This document shows positions 1 to 12,587 of a DNA stretch of 33,459 bases, piece after piece. Under the pieces are notes generated by a model, which saw nothing but the letters and a program-made list of their open reading frames with translations, was not told the origin of the DNA and did no database searches. This DNA is from Nemertoderma westbladi (lineage: Eukaryota > Animalia > Xenacoelomorpha), in the NCBI GenBank assembly GCA_032718475.1, contig JAUCBJ010005288.1:1-33459 (forward strand), read 5' to 3'. The number at the start of each line of letters is the position of its first letter. The first letter of the stretch is position 1. The translations under genes and the position numbers were made by a program.

Positions 1-599
1 TGAAATATTACAGCTGTTCGTTCGACCTGGTGTCATGATGCAATTTTATTTCGATATTATCCAGCTTAATATATATCTGATTTCTTCAAAATCTGTAGGA
101 GTCAGAACACAAAGGCATACATGACCATATTAACAGCAGGAGTATTATGGGACCCCAAACATATTAACATCATTATAATAAAGTTATGTTCTTTGATAAG
201 AAAAAATTATAGGTTTAATTGACTGAAATTCAATTATTTTGTCCATGTGAATTGATTTATATTTTTCTTTTGTTTTTCGAAAATGACAATAAGTGCAAAA
301 TTCAAAACTGAAGGGCAGAATTTGAGAATTTAAGTTAAATGTAAAGTAGTACAAAGAGTTCTTTCCAACATGTTTTTTTTAGTTCTTTCCAACACTTTCA
401 TTACTGAATAAACTATTTTATCTGAAAAATTAAACGAGTTATCAGTACTAAATGTACATTTAATTTACATTTTAGGTATAGCATTACCTGCTGATGAGTA
501 GGTATTAGAGGACAAATACCATTTGAAAGACAACCATAAATCAGTAATATGCAGGTAAACCATAATCGGCTGTAATACTATACTTACTTTCAAATCCCT

Positions 600-960
600 G
601 ACAAGACAAGGGTGAATTGCGACAGCAGTGCACCTATCTCCGCAATCTGCATGACAAGACAAAGACTTAATAAAAACTGAATCTGGCAATACATTGTACA
701 GGATCTCGTGAGCCTTCCCAATTCCTGGTATTGAAGGTGGTGTAGGATTGACATAATTTATCTTTAGTCATGTTCATTGTAAGTGTATATAGTTGTTGTA
801 ACTCATTGAAGTAGTCTGGCGACAATACTCGCAAAGCCGGGAGTGGGTTCGTCAACTTTCATTCCAGCAACCCTCTCAAGGGTACATTTAATGGAACCCC
901 CAATCCCATCCGGTGGCCCTTTGCCATGCCCGGCTTCTGCATATATCCACACACACAGCA
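600..960 (-). pseudogene. C-terminal fragment of a DNA transposase (HGKGPxDGxGG family, probably Sola2-like)
   Basis: The minus strand reads WIYAEAGHGKGPPDGIGGSIK. Shifted frames then give IPGIGKAHEILY and LSCHADCGDRC. This motif order recurs in invertebrate transposase-like proteins. Stops and frameshifts are present. The superfamily name is from memory. Confidence 0.55.
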
Positions 961-2470
961 GTGATGTTTCCACACTATGAGATGCCCTATATGCACTCTG
1001 AAATGGTTCATATAAAGAATGCAAGTGTATATAATTTATTAATTGCTGTGCAACAACCTTTTCAGTTATCTTCGCAAGAAATTTCAAGTTTGATACTGGG
1101 CGAAAGTTATTTAATATGTCAGGGTTAAGACACCTCTTCTTAATCAATGGACGCAATACACTCTCTTTGAAGAGTTATGGGACTTGCCCAATCGACAATG
1201 ACAGATTGATTATAATTAGAAACAAAGGTAACAGCAATCCATTGCATTCATGTAACACCCTAGAGGGAAGTGGATCAGATGGACTTGTCTTTAGATTTCC
1301 CTCCCGAATTAAATTATCAACATGTTCTTCAGATACTGGGTTGAATTCATCCAAGGATTTACCTGAAACAGGCGTTGCATTGATACTGAAAGAATCTTCA
1401 TTATTGGATGAATTGCATTTATTGATATCAATCAATTCCTCATGAATATTGTCAATCTTTTGCTCAAAAATCTCAGCAAATTCATTCGCTAGGTCTAAAT
1501 CATTATCCCTTTGAGGCAAAATACCATATTAGCGGAAACTGTCTTTGATTTCCACTATTAGCTTGAACAATTGACGTATAGTAGTTTATCTTGGCAATTT
1601 CAACCAAATTACTAACTAATAAATATTGATCCCTATAAGCCAATTTATGTACCTCGAGATTTGTTTTCCTAAACTGACGCTCCAGACGCCTCTTCTGTCT
1701 TTTTGCTTCACCAATCTCTGCAGTGTACCACAGTGGCCGTTTCACTCGATTTCGAATGTGACGTGTGAGAAGGGGGGGTGTGTTTGTCTAAAACCAAACC
1801 TAGTGCGTTTTCATAATTAGATACAAGGATGTCAAGGGAATTTTCACAATTATCACTGGAAAACATATCACTAGTTTGAAGGTCTTGAAGGAATGCAGGC
1901 ACATTAATTGAACTAACCGCTCTCAACTGTATTGCAGTACACTTAGTCTCAGGTTTGTTAAAGCAAATGCTAAATCGTACGGCAAAATGATCTGATAAAC
2001 CAATATCTTCAACATGTATATCACAAAGTTTTAATAAGGACTCCTTGCGAGCTAACAGGAGGTCTGGAGTATTTCCAGATCGATGAGTAGGGACATTAAT
2101 TAGTTGTTTTAATCCAAAAGTGTCACAGAGTTCACAGAAATAATTACAGTAGCTTCTCTGTCATCCGATTTATTCACATGAAAGTTGAGATCGCCTGTCA
2201 TTATTAATTCACCAGGTGTTAGCACTAAAGATTGCAAAAGGTCTGTAAACTCCTCAAAAAATAAAGTACTTGTAAGTTTATTTCTTATAGAAGGATAAGT
2301 CCTATAAATAAAAACAAAACAGAGGTGGCATTCAGAATTTGAGCAACTAAATATCATAAACTCAAAAGATTTATAGCTTCTCTCCTTCGATGTAATGTCC
2401 TTTAGTTTAAGTTTAATCTTACTGACACAGGCAACACCTCCGCCCTTTACTAGCAACCTCGCTAATAACT
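961..2470 (-). mobile_element. Degraded L2/CR1-group LINE ORF2 (APE endonuclease C-half, linker, start of RT)
   Basis: APE motifs: GGGVAC, SFE, IYR, GDLNFHV, PTHRSGNTPDL, SDH. Linker: PLWYTAEI..KRRLERQFR. RT start: DPLPS, PLIKK..NFRPVSNLKFLAKITEKVV, QSAYRASHSVETSLL. Many frameshifts; truncated early in RT. Confidence 0.92.
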
Positions 2471-2995
2471 CTAGTATGCTTGTTTTGAAGGTGTCTACAC
2501 CAACTAAATCGGTCATTGTGGTTCTATTGAGCATAAATATCAATGCAGTAGGAATAATAGAAGTTGATCATCACAAAAATGGGGAATATGACTCACTTGC
2601 GCCAAGGGCGGGAACTGGCCATGTGCCTGTGGGAATATTTTCTGTCATCCCTAAATAAAAATTTTGGTATCTATCGAAGTTTTGGCTCATTTGATGACAT
2701 CTGATGTGCAAACTGAGTTTAAATTCGACAAAAAGTTTTTTAGGACCACCCCAACCCTCTCATTTACCTGAGGTCAAAATTTACCTCAAAGGAATCATCT
2801 GTTTCAGAAACGAAGGGGTACACAAGGGTTAAGACCACAGAAAAAGTTTAAATGACACAGCTAATGGTCGCGTACAATTCTGCCAAGTTTCAGCTTAAAA
2901 GGATTAAAAGCAAATAAATGGGAGGATATTTAACTGTTGAACTGTTGGGGTCAAAAGTCGCTAAATAATGTCAAGTTTTGGACATATTTATGCCT

Positions 2996-3062
2996 ACAAA
3001 TTTTCAATTCGACAGCTTTAAATCTGACAAATTTTCAATTCGACAGCTTTAAATCTGACAAA
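2996..3062. repeat. Perfect 31-bp tandem duplication
   Basis: ACAAATTTTCAATTCGACAGCTTTAAATCTG x2 followed by ACAAA. Confidence 0.9.
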
Positions 3063-4942
3063 GTTATTTAATGTCAAAATAGTTACGTCAACAACTACTT
3101 GCCATTATTGACATTCTTCTTAACAGTGTCAATTCGCCAAGGCTCCGCCAACTTCGTGGCTCGCCCCACACACGTTTCAACAATATTGATTATACTTTAT
3201 GTCCTAAATTAACTCTCACTTTGTTATATGCTCCCCAAATCCCAGTTATGGGTTTGCCCCCCCAGATTTGGCCTCCCTCCCCCCAGATATTATGGTCACC
3301 ATAAGGGCCTGCTCAACTTGCTGCACTCACAAAGAGGGATGTAAATAACAATCATTTCATGACTTTGATTATTAATGGTTGAAGCACCAAACATATAACA
3401 ATAACACTAAATATCCAAATATAGCATATAAAATAATGATTAAATCAACAGTCAGACAGTCCAAACAGTTTGTACCGCAGCCGCAGTCAGTGAGTGACGG
3501 TATGTGCAGTCAATCTCAGAGTGAGTGTTGAGAGTTTCGGTAATTTAGCTATGACCTTGTAGCTGACTGCCGATGAAATTGGCATATGTCTACTTTTAGT
3601 CAGCACATTAATGTAAGAATGACGGTAGGTAGTAGGTTGAAGCCAGATCTCATCAGATTTTGCAATATTCCATAGAATTCGTGACGTCATCATGTTGTCC
3701 AGACCGACTTCCAATGGGCTTGGCCTTTTATCTAGCATCTGTTAGAGCGTCTAATGAGAAGGCGCCAGCGCGTTTACGTTCCTCTGAGGTGAGTCTGAGA
3801 CAAAGAAACCAGTAAAGCCAATCATACATTCCGCCTATATACTGCAACCGTCCGCGGTCTGGCATGCGATATAGGACACATCCTTTTACACTTATAACGA
3901 ATACTTTGAAGGCGTAAAAGCTTTTATACTTACATTGGTGATTAACTTACTTTCAGTTTAACCCTACCTTTATTTAACTTAATATTTGTATTTTCTACGG
4001 TACCAGTGTTATCTACAGTATGCTATCTATGTTACAGATTTTAACCATATTAATTTGGAAAAAAAATCAATCAATCAATCAAACCTCCTGGTGCCATATT
4101 CAATAAACTTAATACTTAACAGATTGAACCAAATTACAGTTGTACAGTAAACAGTATTAAACTTCAACAATTAATAGGCCTTACAGTACACTGTAATAAT
4201 TAAACAGTTGAATGGCAGAATGAACTGCGAACTGCAAGTGACCTGATTTCCGGAAACAGGTACCGTACCGGCACCTTTTGTAATATGTCTGTATGTTAAG
4301 CTATAAAGGCAAAACATTACTGCATTATCAGATTATGCTGTTGAATTGAAACTGGGAAAGGGGTCTTGCTCTTGACTGACTGCTTGACGTACCCGTATTG
4401 CAGTATTGATAAAGAAAATAAGATAGGTCAGGTAGAGAGGTGCGGACAGACAGACAGATGTAGGTAACTTAGGTACCGGTACTTCCTGACGGCTGTACAC
4501 TCTCATGCCGGTACTACAGTACATACAACATGGCATGCATAGCCCATACTGCCATAGCAACTGATAGCTATTATATTATATTAATGCCAACAGCATTGCC
4601 AAACTCATGGCATAGCTGACACACATACCATAATATAATCGCAAAATAACGCAAATTCCCTCCACCAAGAATAATATTGCACTTATTATAAACATTGCAC
4701 ATATACTGTATACGATATTTAATATAACCTACAGTACTTGCTGTACCTAAATACAAACGTGCTGTACCTAAATACAAACGTACTGCACCATTTACAGAAG
4801 CCCGCTTCCAATCCTAGCTAACGCTGATGGTCCTACATTACAAAGTAGCACCACCCTACAACAACAACAACAACAATAAAGAAAAAAGAAAAAAAAACCT
4901 ACTGCAGTAAAAAGAAACACCCGTTTTTCCCCACCCCATTCA

Positions 4943-5272
4943 TCAACCCATTTTTTCCAGCCTTATCTTAGATGCTCCATGTAAGTATCTGCCTAACCCT
5001 AAGATGAAGTCAAGATTCTTACTTGATAACAAACGACGAAATTTATTTATTGAAGGACAGATGACGAATCTGCTATCCAGGAAACGACTCCGTATCCCAC
5101 TGTACGCGTTACAAACGAGAAGAAAATGGAATTCGTCTTCTACTAGACCTCTATCACACATCGGACATAACCTCTGGTTCCTTGTTATGTCGTACCACCG
5201 TCCAGTTTCTATCATTAATTCATGGGAGGAACAGCGAAGGTTGATAGATGCGTTTCGGCAATTCATAAACAA
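4943..5272 (-). mobile_element. 3' end of an RTE-X-like LINE ORF2 (C-terminal zinc-binding region)
   Basis: LRCSSHELMIETGRW...RLCPMC...VEDEFHFLLVC..Y..IR is the typical C-terminus of RTE-X/related LINEs. 5'-truncated. Confidence 0.85.
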
Positions 5273-5909
5273 AGGCCAACTGGATACTGTATAGAGCCTA
5301 CAGTATAGATTATTACCTTTGGCTCATTACGTTTCCCATTATTCAATTTCATTCTACATTTAGTTTACCCACGCCTACTCCAACACTACTAACTATTACC
5401 GGAGGCATACACAAAGCCAACAATAAATTAATAATTATTATTATTGTTATGTTTGATCCATAAAATCAAAGTTAGGGCTACTACACATGTCGTGGAAGTC
5501 TATATCCCCTTGTAAGCGTAATATTGTACCGGTAAGCCTGAGTGAGCAAAATATTAAAAAAATATTTTTATTCAAAAAAATTACCAATTCAACAAATTAG
5601 TAACTGAAATTAATTATTACTGAAGTTGTAGCTGGAAACCCCGCCCAGCAAGGCGCGCTTCGCTTTGTATTAGAAAAACTCCCCTTGGAAATTGTAAACG
5701 GGATTTGTGTATCAGACAGACAGATTCCAGTTCGAAACGTTTACATCCACAACTTCAGCTGTGGGTATATTTAAAAAAACTAACTAACTCAAACAATTAA
5801 CAACTCTGCCTTCAAAAACTAAAACTAACTTAAACTTGTCGTCATTTATAATAATAATACTTACACAATGAGTACAGTCACAAATACATTACAGATACAG
5901 ATACGATAC

Positions 5910-6101
5910 CTAGTTGCCGAAACGCGACTTCAGTTCGCCGAAATGCAACTATAAGTTGCCGAAATGCAACTATGAGTTGCCGAAATGCAACTACGAGTTG
6001 CCGAAACACAACTACAGCAGTTGATGACACGTAATTGTTCAGTTGCCGAAACGCGAATTTGAGTCGCCTAAACGTGACAGTTGCCGAAACGCGACGTAAC
6101 C
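5910..6101. repeat. Array of AGTTGCCGAAA(C/T)G units ending in GCGACGTAACC; likely the terminal/subterminal region of a non-autonomous DNA transposon
   Basis: About 8 copies of the motif, several with about 21-bp spacing and an internal AGTTGC..GCAACT hairpin. The partner end was not found. Confidence 0.65.
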
Positions 6102-6417
6102 AATACAATTGCTCTGGTCATTCCATAACCATGAGAACCCCAAGGAATTAAGCAGACCCCTGACTGAAGCCGCCCAGCCCAACAACTCACCCGTAATCGG
6201 CATATATGTACTTAATATATCCAGGGAGTTCTGCAGAGCACCTAGACGCTACGACCAAACAATACAATGTCATCCGCGTATAACAAAAATAATTGCAACA
6301 TTCCAATAGAAATACAAGTATTTCTTGCTTTTTTTTGAGTTATTATTTAGTTATCTAATTAACCACAGTTTACTATACAATACTACAGTAGATATTATAC
6401 TATATGATATTGTTAGT

Positions 6418-6901
6418 CTATTCCAGCAGGGTAACAGTAACTGCTCTTCCAGAGGTCCCTTTCCGTTTCGTCTCTTGGCGAACTCTATCGCTTTCCCGCT
6501 TTAATGCCGCAGTAATAGCCTTCTTTATTTGTATCTTGGAGGCGGTTTGGATATTTGCAACAACGATACCTTTTGAAGATATATTTAAAAATATATTTTT
6601 TAAATTGGAAAACATGTCGATGTTAGTAAACATTGATTCTGACCAGCAGTTAATCATAAAATCATATTACTTATCGCGATGAATACTACAGTAGTTTGTT
6701 AACGTCTCCTTATATTTCGTCAGAACACCTGCTAAGGGAAGTCATCAGAGAAGGAAAAGAATGGAGCATCAACTGTGCGACTTTTCCCTTAAATCTCGAC
6801 CGATATGCAACGATACCCATTAGCACTGCACTTACTTTCTTGATAAAGCACCCATCTGCTGGGAAACCGTCCGACCAGTAGATCTCTATGGTTACATTCA
6901 A
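6418..6901 (-). pseudogene. Possible DUF4806/BEN-like accessory protein fragment of a DNA transposon
   Basis: FSNLKNIFLNI...VANIQTASKIQIKKAITAALKRESDR resembles the C-terminal helices of DUF4806/BEN-like proteins. Broken into two ORFs. Confidence 0.3.
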
Positions 6902-7751
6902 CTTATGGTCTCCAGCTGATAAAATATTTTATTTGTAGGTTTATAAATATAGGCCTACTGTATGTACCGAACCGACAACTGTTATTTTCCATGGCCAATT
7001 AATAAATACTGTATGTACAATTACATACTGGTAACAGTCATAATCAAAATATTGTATTATTTTTAAATCCATTTAGAATAAAACTCTGGTATACTAACTA
7101 TTGATCACATTAACGATGTTGGTCATCTCTACGGAAACATTAAACACTGGTTTGCCCCAGACCAATTAACTTTTACAAGAACTTCCGGAACAAATATGTG
7201 ACGGATTGTTGTTCTTACTACAATAAAATATTGTTTTTATAGAGAATAGGAAAAATTTAAACACATAAATTGCTGCCTCTCAGTAACAGCATTTCTACTG
7301 TTTGTTTATACCTGTATAATGTATACTGTACTAAATGGCTAGAGAACCCAGACCAGCCTGGGCTGGGCTGGGTTACGGTAGCACTAGCAGTACCATCCCT
7401 GTTGTGAGCGGAGCAATGTTGTTAATATCCGAGTCTGCTTTGGCTTTCCATGTGTTATTCAATCTCAATGCATTGTGTGTCATCCAATCAATACAGGGCA
7501 CCATTATACTCTATTGTCCACTAGCCAATGAAATCAATTTTACAACAATATTACAGGAGTATCATATCATTAGCTTAGAGGTGTGGCGTTTGAGTCAGTC
7601 AACTCAATAAAATATTATTAATTTACAATATAAGATCTTAAAATATTGAAGTTTAATAAACGTTTTGTTTTTTCCCTGTTAAAATTTGCTTATTAGTTTT
7701 AATATTATTTAATATTAATTAATTGTATGGTGAATTATTAGATTATTAGAA

Positions 7752-8548
7752 ATGGCTGATTCACCAAGTAAGAGATTCAAGCAATCCTCTATTAGTTCTT
7801 TTTTTGGCAAGACTTCAGGTCAGGTGGTGGATGTACCGAATCCGGATCATCCAGCTCGGGAAGATAATGTGGAGCAAGAAGATACAATGTCAACAGGAGG
7901 GAGCCCTGTGTCTATAATAAGCGACGTCGAAGTCCGTGAAGAAACTCGGACGCGTGGCAATCCTCCACTGATTAAAGTTACTGGAACTGGGGCACCTGTT
8001 CTTTCTACTGAAGCAGAAACTGATAAATATGTATGCCTGGAATGTTTAAATTACCACCTTAGCAAAAAGCTGAAGGATGCTCGATTCGCCTATATGTCAC
8101 GTAATAATCCATCCACCATCAACAGGCATAAAAAGCGATGGCACAATGACAACTCCAAAACAACCATTGTGCCTGCTTCTTCGACTGAAGTGAAAAATGT
8201 AAAGCTTAAGTATTTGCCAAAGGGTGCCACTATCGAACCAACCACTGCTATTGCCGCAGCAACTGTTGAAGTTGGACCAGAACCAACTGATAGTACTGGT
8301 ACTGTTGTTAATGTAGAACCAGATATTATTAGTATTAGTACAAGCGTTATTGCTGGTGCCGCTGTCGAAGCAACTGCTAGTGAATTTGATGTTACTACGA
8401 ACAATCCAACAGCACGTTCACAGTCAACGTTAGTAAACTTTGTAACTATACCCGAAGAGCCAAAAGAAGGTTTTCAAGATCTTGATGAACATGAAGATTT
8501 ACCAAAAAAGACCTATGTTCTTATGAAAAAACTTTGCGATAGATTTGA
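7752..8548 (+). CDS. Truncated ORF with an N-terminal PIP-box/NLS and a BED-like zinc finger; probably the N-terminus of a transposase
   Basis: Clean ATG after an AT-rich leader; SKRFKQSSISSFF; CLEC...INRHKKRWH. The true reading appears to end near 8548, after which it runs into an unrelated TE end. Confidence 0.55.
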
Positions 8549-8720
8549 GGGGTGTAGTTGGGTGATTAGGCTGACCCCCTTTTTTCACTATTTTGTCGGC
8601 GCAAATTTTTTCGGCTGGCGCAAAAAAAATTAAGGTTGGCGCACAGGTACTTTGAGCTGGCGCAGATTTTTTTGACCCTTGGCGCACCTTCGGCGCACGA
8701 AACATAGAGATTCCAGTCTG
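8549..8720 (-). mobile_element. Single end of a non-autonomous (hAT-like) element
   Basis: The minus strand begins CAGACTGGAATCTCTATG and carries about 6 subterminal TGCGCC repeats. It joins two unrelated truncated ORFs. Confidence 0.5.
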
Positions 8721-9670
8721 GCTGTAGGAAATGAGTAAGGTTCGGTGGAAGTTTAATGAAAATAATACTGTTATCCATGCAAAACTTGACAATGTCATAA
8801 GTGATATGTGTTGAACTCCCATCGATAAACAGAACTGCTTTCAATGTGTGGTCTATAGGTAGCTGACTAAGGAAACCAATCTTCAGCCAATTTATGAAGA
8901 TACTCCCCTTCATCCAACCCTTTACAGCTGCTGCGTATGTTGTCCCAGGGTAATCTTCATCTGAGAAACTATTTGTCCACAACTTCTTTGTCTTGGACAA
9001 TATTAGAGGAGGAAATCGTTTTCCTGTTGCAAACCCACCACCCAGGACCGTAAATTGTTCCTTTCCTGTCCCTGCTATCATACTTGATACACGTTTCTGT
9101 CCTTTCATAACAATTATTTTTTTAGATCTCGGATCTAAGTTAAACCCAGATTCGTCTACATTAGCTATCAATTCGGGATGACCTAATAAACCCTCATCGC
9201 TATAAACTTTGAGAACATCTTCATAAAACTTGTTCACAATAAATGGATCTGCAGCTTTAAGCCGAGACTTTGATAGCTGTTCCCCTTTACGACATGACAA
9301 CCGAGGGTGTCTTTCCATGAAGCCCTTAAGGAAATCCACACCTGGCTTCTTTCCCTTAAAGGGGTTCACTACAACACAATCACTATGAGTAAAGTCCCAG
9401 ACAATGTTTAGAATTTCTTCTTGAGTTAAACCCATTCCGGCTTTCCCAAAAGCAATAAGGCAAGATTCCAATGCATTTTCATTTGCTGTTCCTAAATAAG
9501 GCAAGCGTCCCTGCAATACACGAGCTGGATCCGAATAATTTAACTTTTTTTGCCTAAAGTTCCAGAAGGAATATTAAATGTTTCTGCAGCTTCACGAACT
9601 GTATATTGCCCACTAGTAATGGAAGCTATTGCTCTTCGAAGGGTTGTGCTTGGTGTAATGAATGAGACAT
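8721..9670 (-). pseudogene. pogo-family transposase (HTH_psq, CENP-B-type HTH, DDE_1)
   Basis: LRRAIASITSGQYTVREAAETFNIP (frameshifted), PG..F..GFMERHPRLS, NVDESG, PPLI, GWM...F..W, FIDGSSTH, LPPNLTHFLQP. Cut just after LQP. Confidence 0.9.
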
Positions 9671-10070
9671 TTGTTTCTACTTACCCCACAGCATAAAAAT
9701 AGAGCCCATTTTTTAATCACTCATATAAGACAATTTTGTTAATATAAAATCATGTAAATGAGATTAGAACTGAACAGATTACAAAATTTCCTTTTAAATT
9801 TAATACAACAATGGGATCATAAAAACTATCATAATTGCATACATGAAATCTTACAAAGATAATCAAAAAATTGATTTTTTATTCAAAGATTGAACAAGTT
9901 GAAATTTGACCATTTAGTTCTCAATAAAGCTATAAGAAATCTATATAAAATTTGTTCCCCATTTAATTCTATGTTAGGAATTCGGAATTTTTAGTTTGTA
10001 TCTATAATTGTGAGCGCACATCTTCAGTTGTTTCCACTTACCCCATTATTCTACTTCCCCCACTTTCCCC
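8721..10070 (-). mobile_element. pogo/Tigger-like DNA transposon, 3'-truncated
   Basis: The 5' end reads TA|GGGGAAAGTGGGGGAAGTAG on the minus strand. The subterminal TGGGGTAAGT(A/G)GAAACAA repeat occurs at about 10028-10045 and about 9671-9689. The transposase lies inside. Confidence 0.85.
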
Positions 10071-12221
10071 TACCGCATAATTTTATTTCACAATGTAAAA
10101 GTTGGGTCTTTCTTGAACATAAAGCAAAAAACCAGAAAACATTTCACCGTCCGGTTTTTTTTCTACAAGCGTTTTAAAATTGCATCAAAAATACGACTAG
10201 TTCCTAAATAAGGGGGATTTTTTAAATTTACCTTATTTAAGATATCGAAATTGTACACATAGATACTAAAAGTCCCTAAATAAGAACTTTTTGACTTGCT
10301 TGTTGCTTGTTGGTGCTCATTGTTGCTCGTTAGTTGTACTTTATTATTGCTCGTTGTTGCTCGTTGTACCCTATTATTGCTCGTTGTTGCTCATTATTGC
10401 TCATTGTTACTCATTGTTGCACGTTGTTGTACTTTATTATTGCTCATTCAATCGTTGTTCCTCATTGTTGCTCGTTGTTTCTCGTTGGTGTACTTTATTA
10501 TTGCTCATTGTTGCTCAATATTACTCGTTGTTGCTCGGTCAGTCGTTGTTGCTCATTGTTGCTCGTTGTTGTACTTTATTATTGCTCATTGTTGCTCAAT
10601 ATAACTCCTTGTTGCTCAATATAACTCGTTGTTGCTCGTCCAGTCGTTGTTGCTCATTATTGCTCGTTGTTTCTCGTTGTTGCTCGTTGTTGTACTTTAT
10701 TATTGCTCGTTCAATCGTTGTTCCTCATTGTTTCTCGTTGTTGTACTTTATTATTGCTCATTGTTGCTCGTTGTTGCTCAATATTACTCGTTGTTGCTCG
10801 GTCAGTCGTTGTTGCTTGGTCAGTCGTTGTTGCTCGTTGTTGTACTTTATTATTGCTCATTGTTGCTCAATATAACTCGGTGTTGCTCGTTCAGTCGTTG
10901 TTGCTCATTATTGCTCGTTGTTGCTCATTGTTGCTCGTTGTTGTTCTTTATTATTGCTCAGTGTTTCTCATTGTTGCTCGTTGTTGCTCAATGTTACTCA
11001 TTGTTATACTTTATTATTGCTCAATGTTACTCGTTGTTACTCATTGTCATTGTTGCTCATTGTTACTCGTTGTTCCTCATGTCCTAATTATTGCTCGTTG
11101 TTTCTCGTTGTTGTACTTTATTATTGCTCATTGTTGCTAGTTGTTTCTCAATGTTGCTCGTTGTTGTACTTTATTATTGCTCGTTCAGTCGTTGTTGCTC
11201 ATTATTGCTCGTTGTTGTACTTTATTATTGCTCAATGTTACTCGTTGTCAGGTTGTTGCTCATTGTTACTCGTTGTTGCTCGTTGTTTTGTTACTCATCA
11301 GCTCATTGTTCATTTGTTGCTCGTTGTTGCTTATTGTTGCTCGTGGTGCATTTTTGCACCTATCCAATTAAGCTCAGAAGCTCCCTTATCTCTGCAATGT
11401 CCTGTCAAGGTTAGGCAGGTAGGAGGTCATAACTGTCATAAGCAGATAAGGGCAGAAGGAGGACGGTGCTGGGAGACGAGGTTATAAGAGACATTATATA
11501 AGGATATTTAATTTAATATATGAGAAATGAGGCCAGTAGTGGTTGACAGAAGGAGATACGCAATGCGTAGGCCTATCCCATTGTGCCTCATAATAGCCTC
11601 TCCGTCAACAAGTCAACCCCATCGACTAGCGGCACTGGCTGTTTCAGCTGACGGGGCTCTGTCGAAAAACGCGTCCCTGATGCAGTAAGGGCCAGGGCTG
11701 GCAAAGGGCCCCTTACTACTGTACTAAGGGCCGTCTTTTGAGGAGCAATATTATTATTGTCGCGGAACTGCTTCTACTCTCTGTGAGAAATGAGAAATAT
11801 TTAATTTATTTAAGGAGTATGCAGATTTTGGAATGAAATTGTATACCTAAATAAGAAACCCAAATGTCAAAAAGTTCTTATTTAAGGACTTTTAGTATTT
11901 ATGTGTACAATTTCGATGTCTTAAATAAGGTAAATTTAAAAAATCCCTCTTATTTAGGAACTGGTCGTATTTTTGATGCAATTTTAAAACACTTGTAGAA
12001 AAAAAACCGGACGGTGAAATGTTTTCTGGTTATTTGCATTATGTTCAAGAAAGAACCAACTTTTATATTGTGAAATAAAATTATGCGGTATTTTTTACTG
12101 AAACAAGTTCTTGCATATTATGTCGAAAAAAATCCAAAAAAGGCCCAAAAACCCCTAAATAAGAGCCATTTTCCTTAAATAAGAACCCACTTTTGGAGCT
12201 TATTTAAGGGTATGTTCCCTA
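10071..12221. mobile_element. Non-autonomous element with long (at least 225 bp) terminal inverted repeats and a TA-flanked right end
   Basis: 10071-10295 is the near-exact reverse complement of 11866-12090. The right arm continues to ...GTTCCC|TA at 12221. The TAAATAAG motif recurs. The outer ~130 bp of the left arm is missing. Confidence 0.85.
10296..11350. repeat. Low-complexity satellite built from (TTG)n-CTC(A/G) modules
   Basis: Repeating TTGTTGCTCG/TTGTTGCTCA with about 12 recurrences of ACTTTATTATTGCTC. Explains the overlapping Leu/Cys/Val ORFs. Confidence 0.95.
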
Positions 12222-12587
12222 CTGACAGTACACACCTCTACCACAGTTAGCGAGTTAGGTACTGTAGGTAATTTTTAGCCGTCAGCATCAGGCCGTCGCC
12301 GTCAGCATCAGGCCGTCAGCGTCAGGCCGTCTGTCCGTGATAAATTAATTACTTAAATTTTAAATTGAAAATTCGTAAATCTATAAATTATGAAATTAAT
12401 TAGACCTACAGTATGACTGTATGATTGATTATGAGCGATTGGCGAACGATAACCATACTTTATTTTTTTTAAATAAATAATTAAATTTTTAAAATTTTTG
12501 AAAAACTCCGGCTCCTGCTCCGGCTCCGGCCAAATTGTCCAACTCCGGCTCCGGCTCCGGCCAAATCCCAACTCTGATCGAGCCCTA
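12222..12587 (-). mobile_element. Partial inverted copy of the hAT MITE at 14952-15756
   Basis: Reverse complement of about 14952-15298, ending GATCGAGCCCTA, with GCCGGA subterminal repeats. Confidence 0.92.

Noticed and set aside
3487-3738. Tyrosine recombinase C-terminus (YRHSY ... QGHS*ITETLNTHS) on the minus strand
   Set aside because: It needs a frameshift and a stop, and it lacks the first His of HxxR and the catalytic Tyr. It cannot be told from chance without a profile search.
8566-8720. C-terminal tails of ORFs 7752-8633 and 8566-9516
   Set aside because: Both are read-through into a non-coding TE end.
10291-11487. Cys/Leu-rich ORFs in all three + frames
   Set aside because: Artefact of a TTG-rich satellite that rarely forms stop codons.
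11403-11730. Solo LTR (TG...CA with TATA) or hammerhead ribozyme (CTGATG...)
   Set aside because: No TSD or poly(A) signal for an LTR. The hammerhead core CTGANGA...GAAA is not intact.
12353-12571. RS-repeat protein ORF
   Set aside because: Translation of the GCCGGA subterminal repeats of the hAT MITE.
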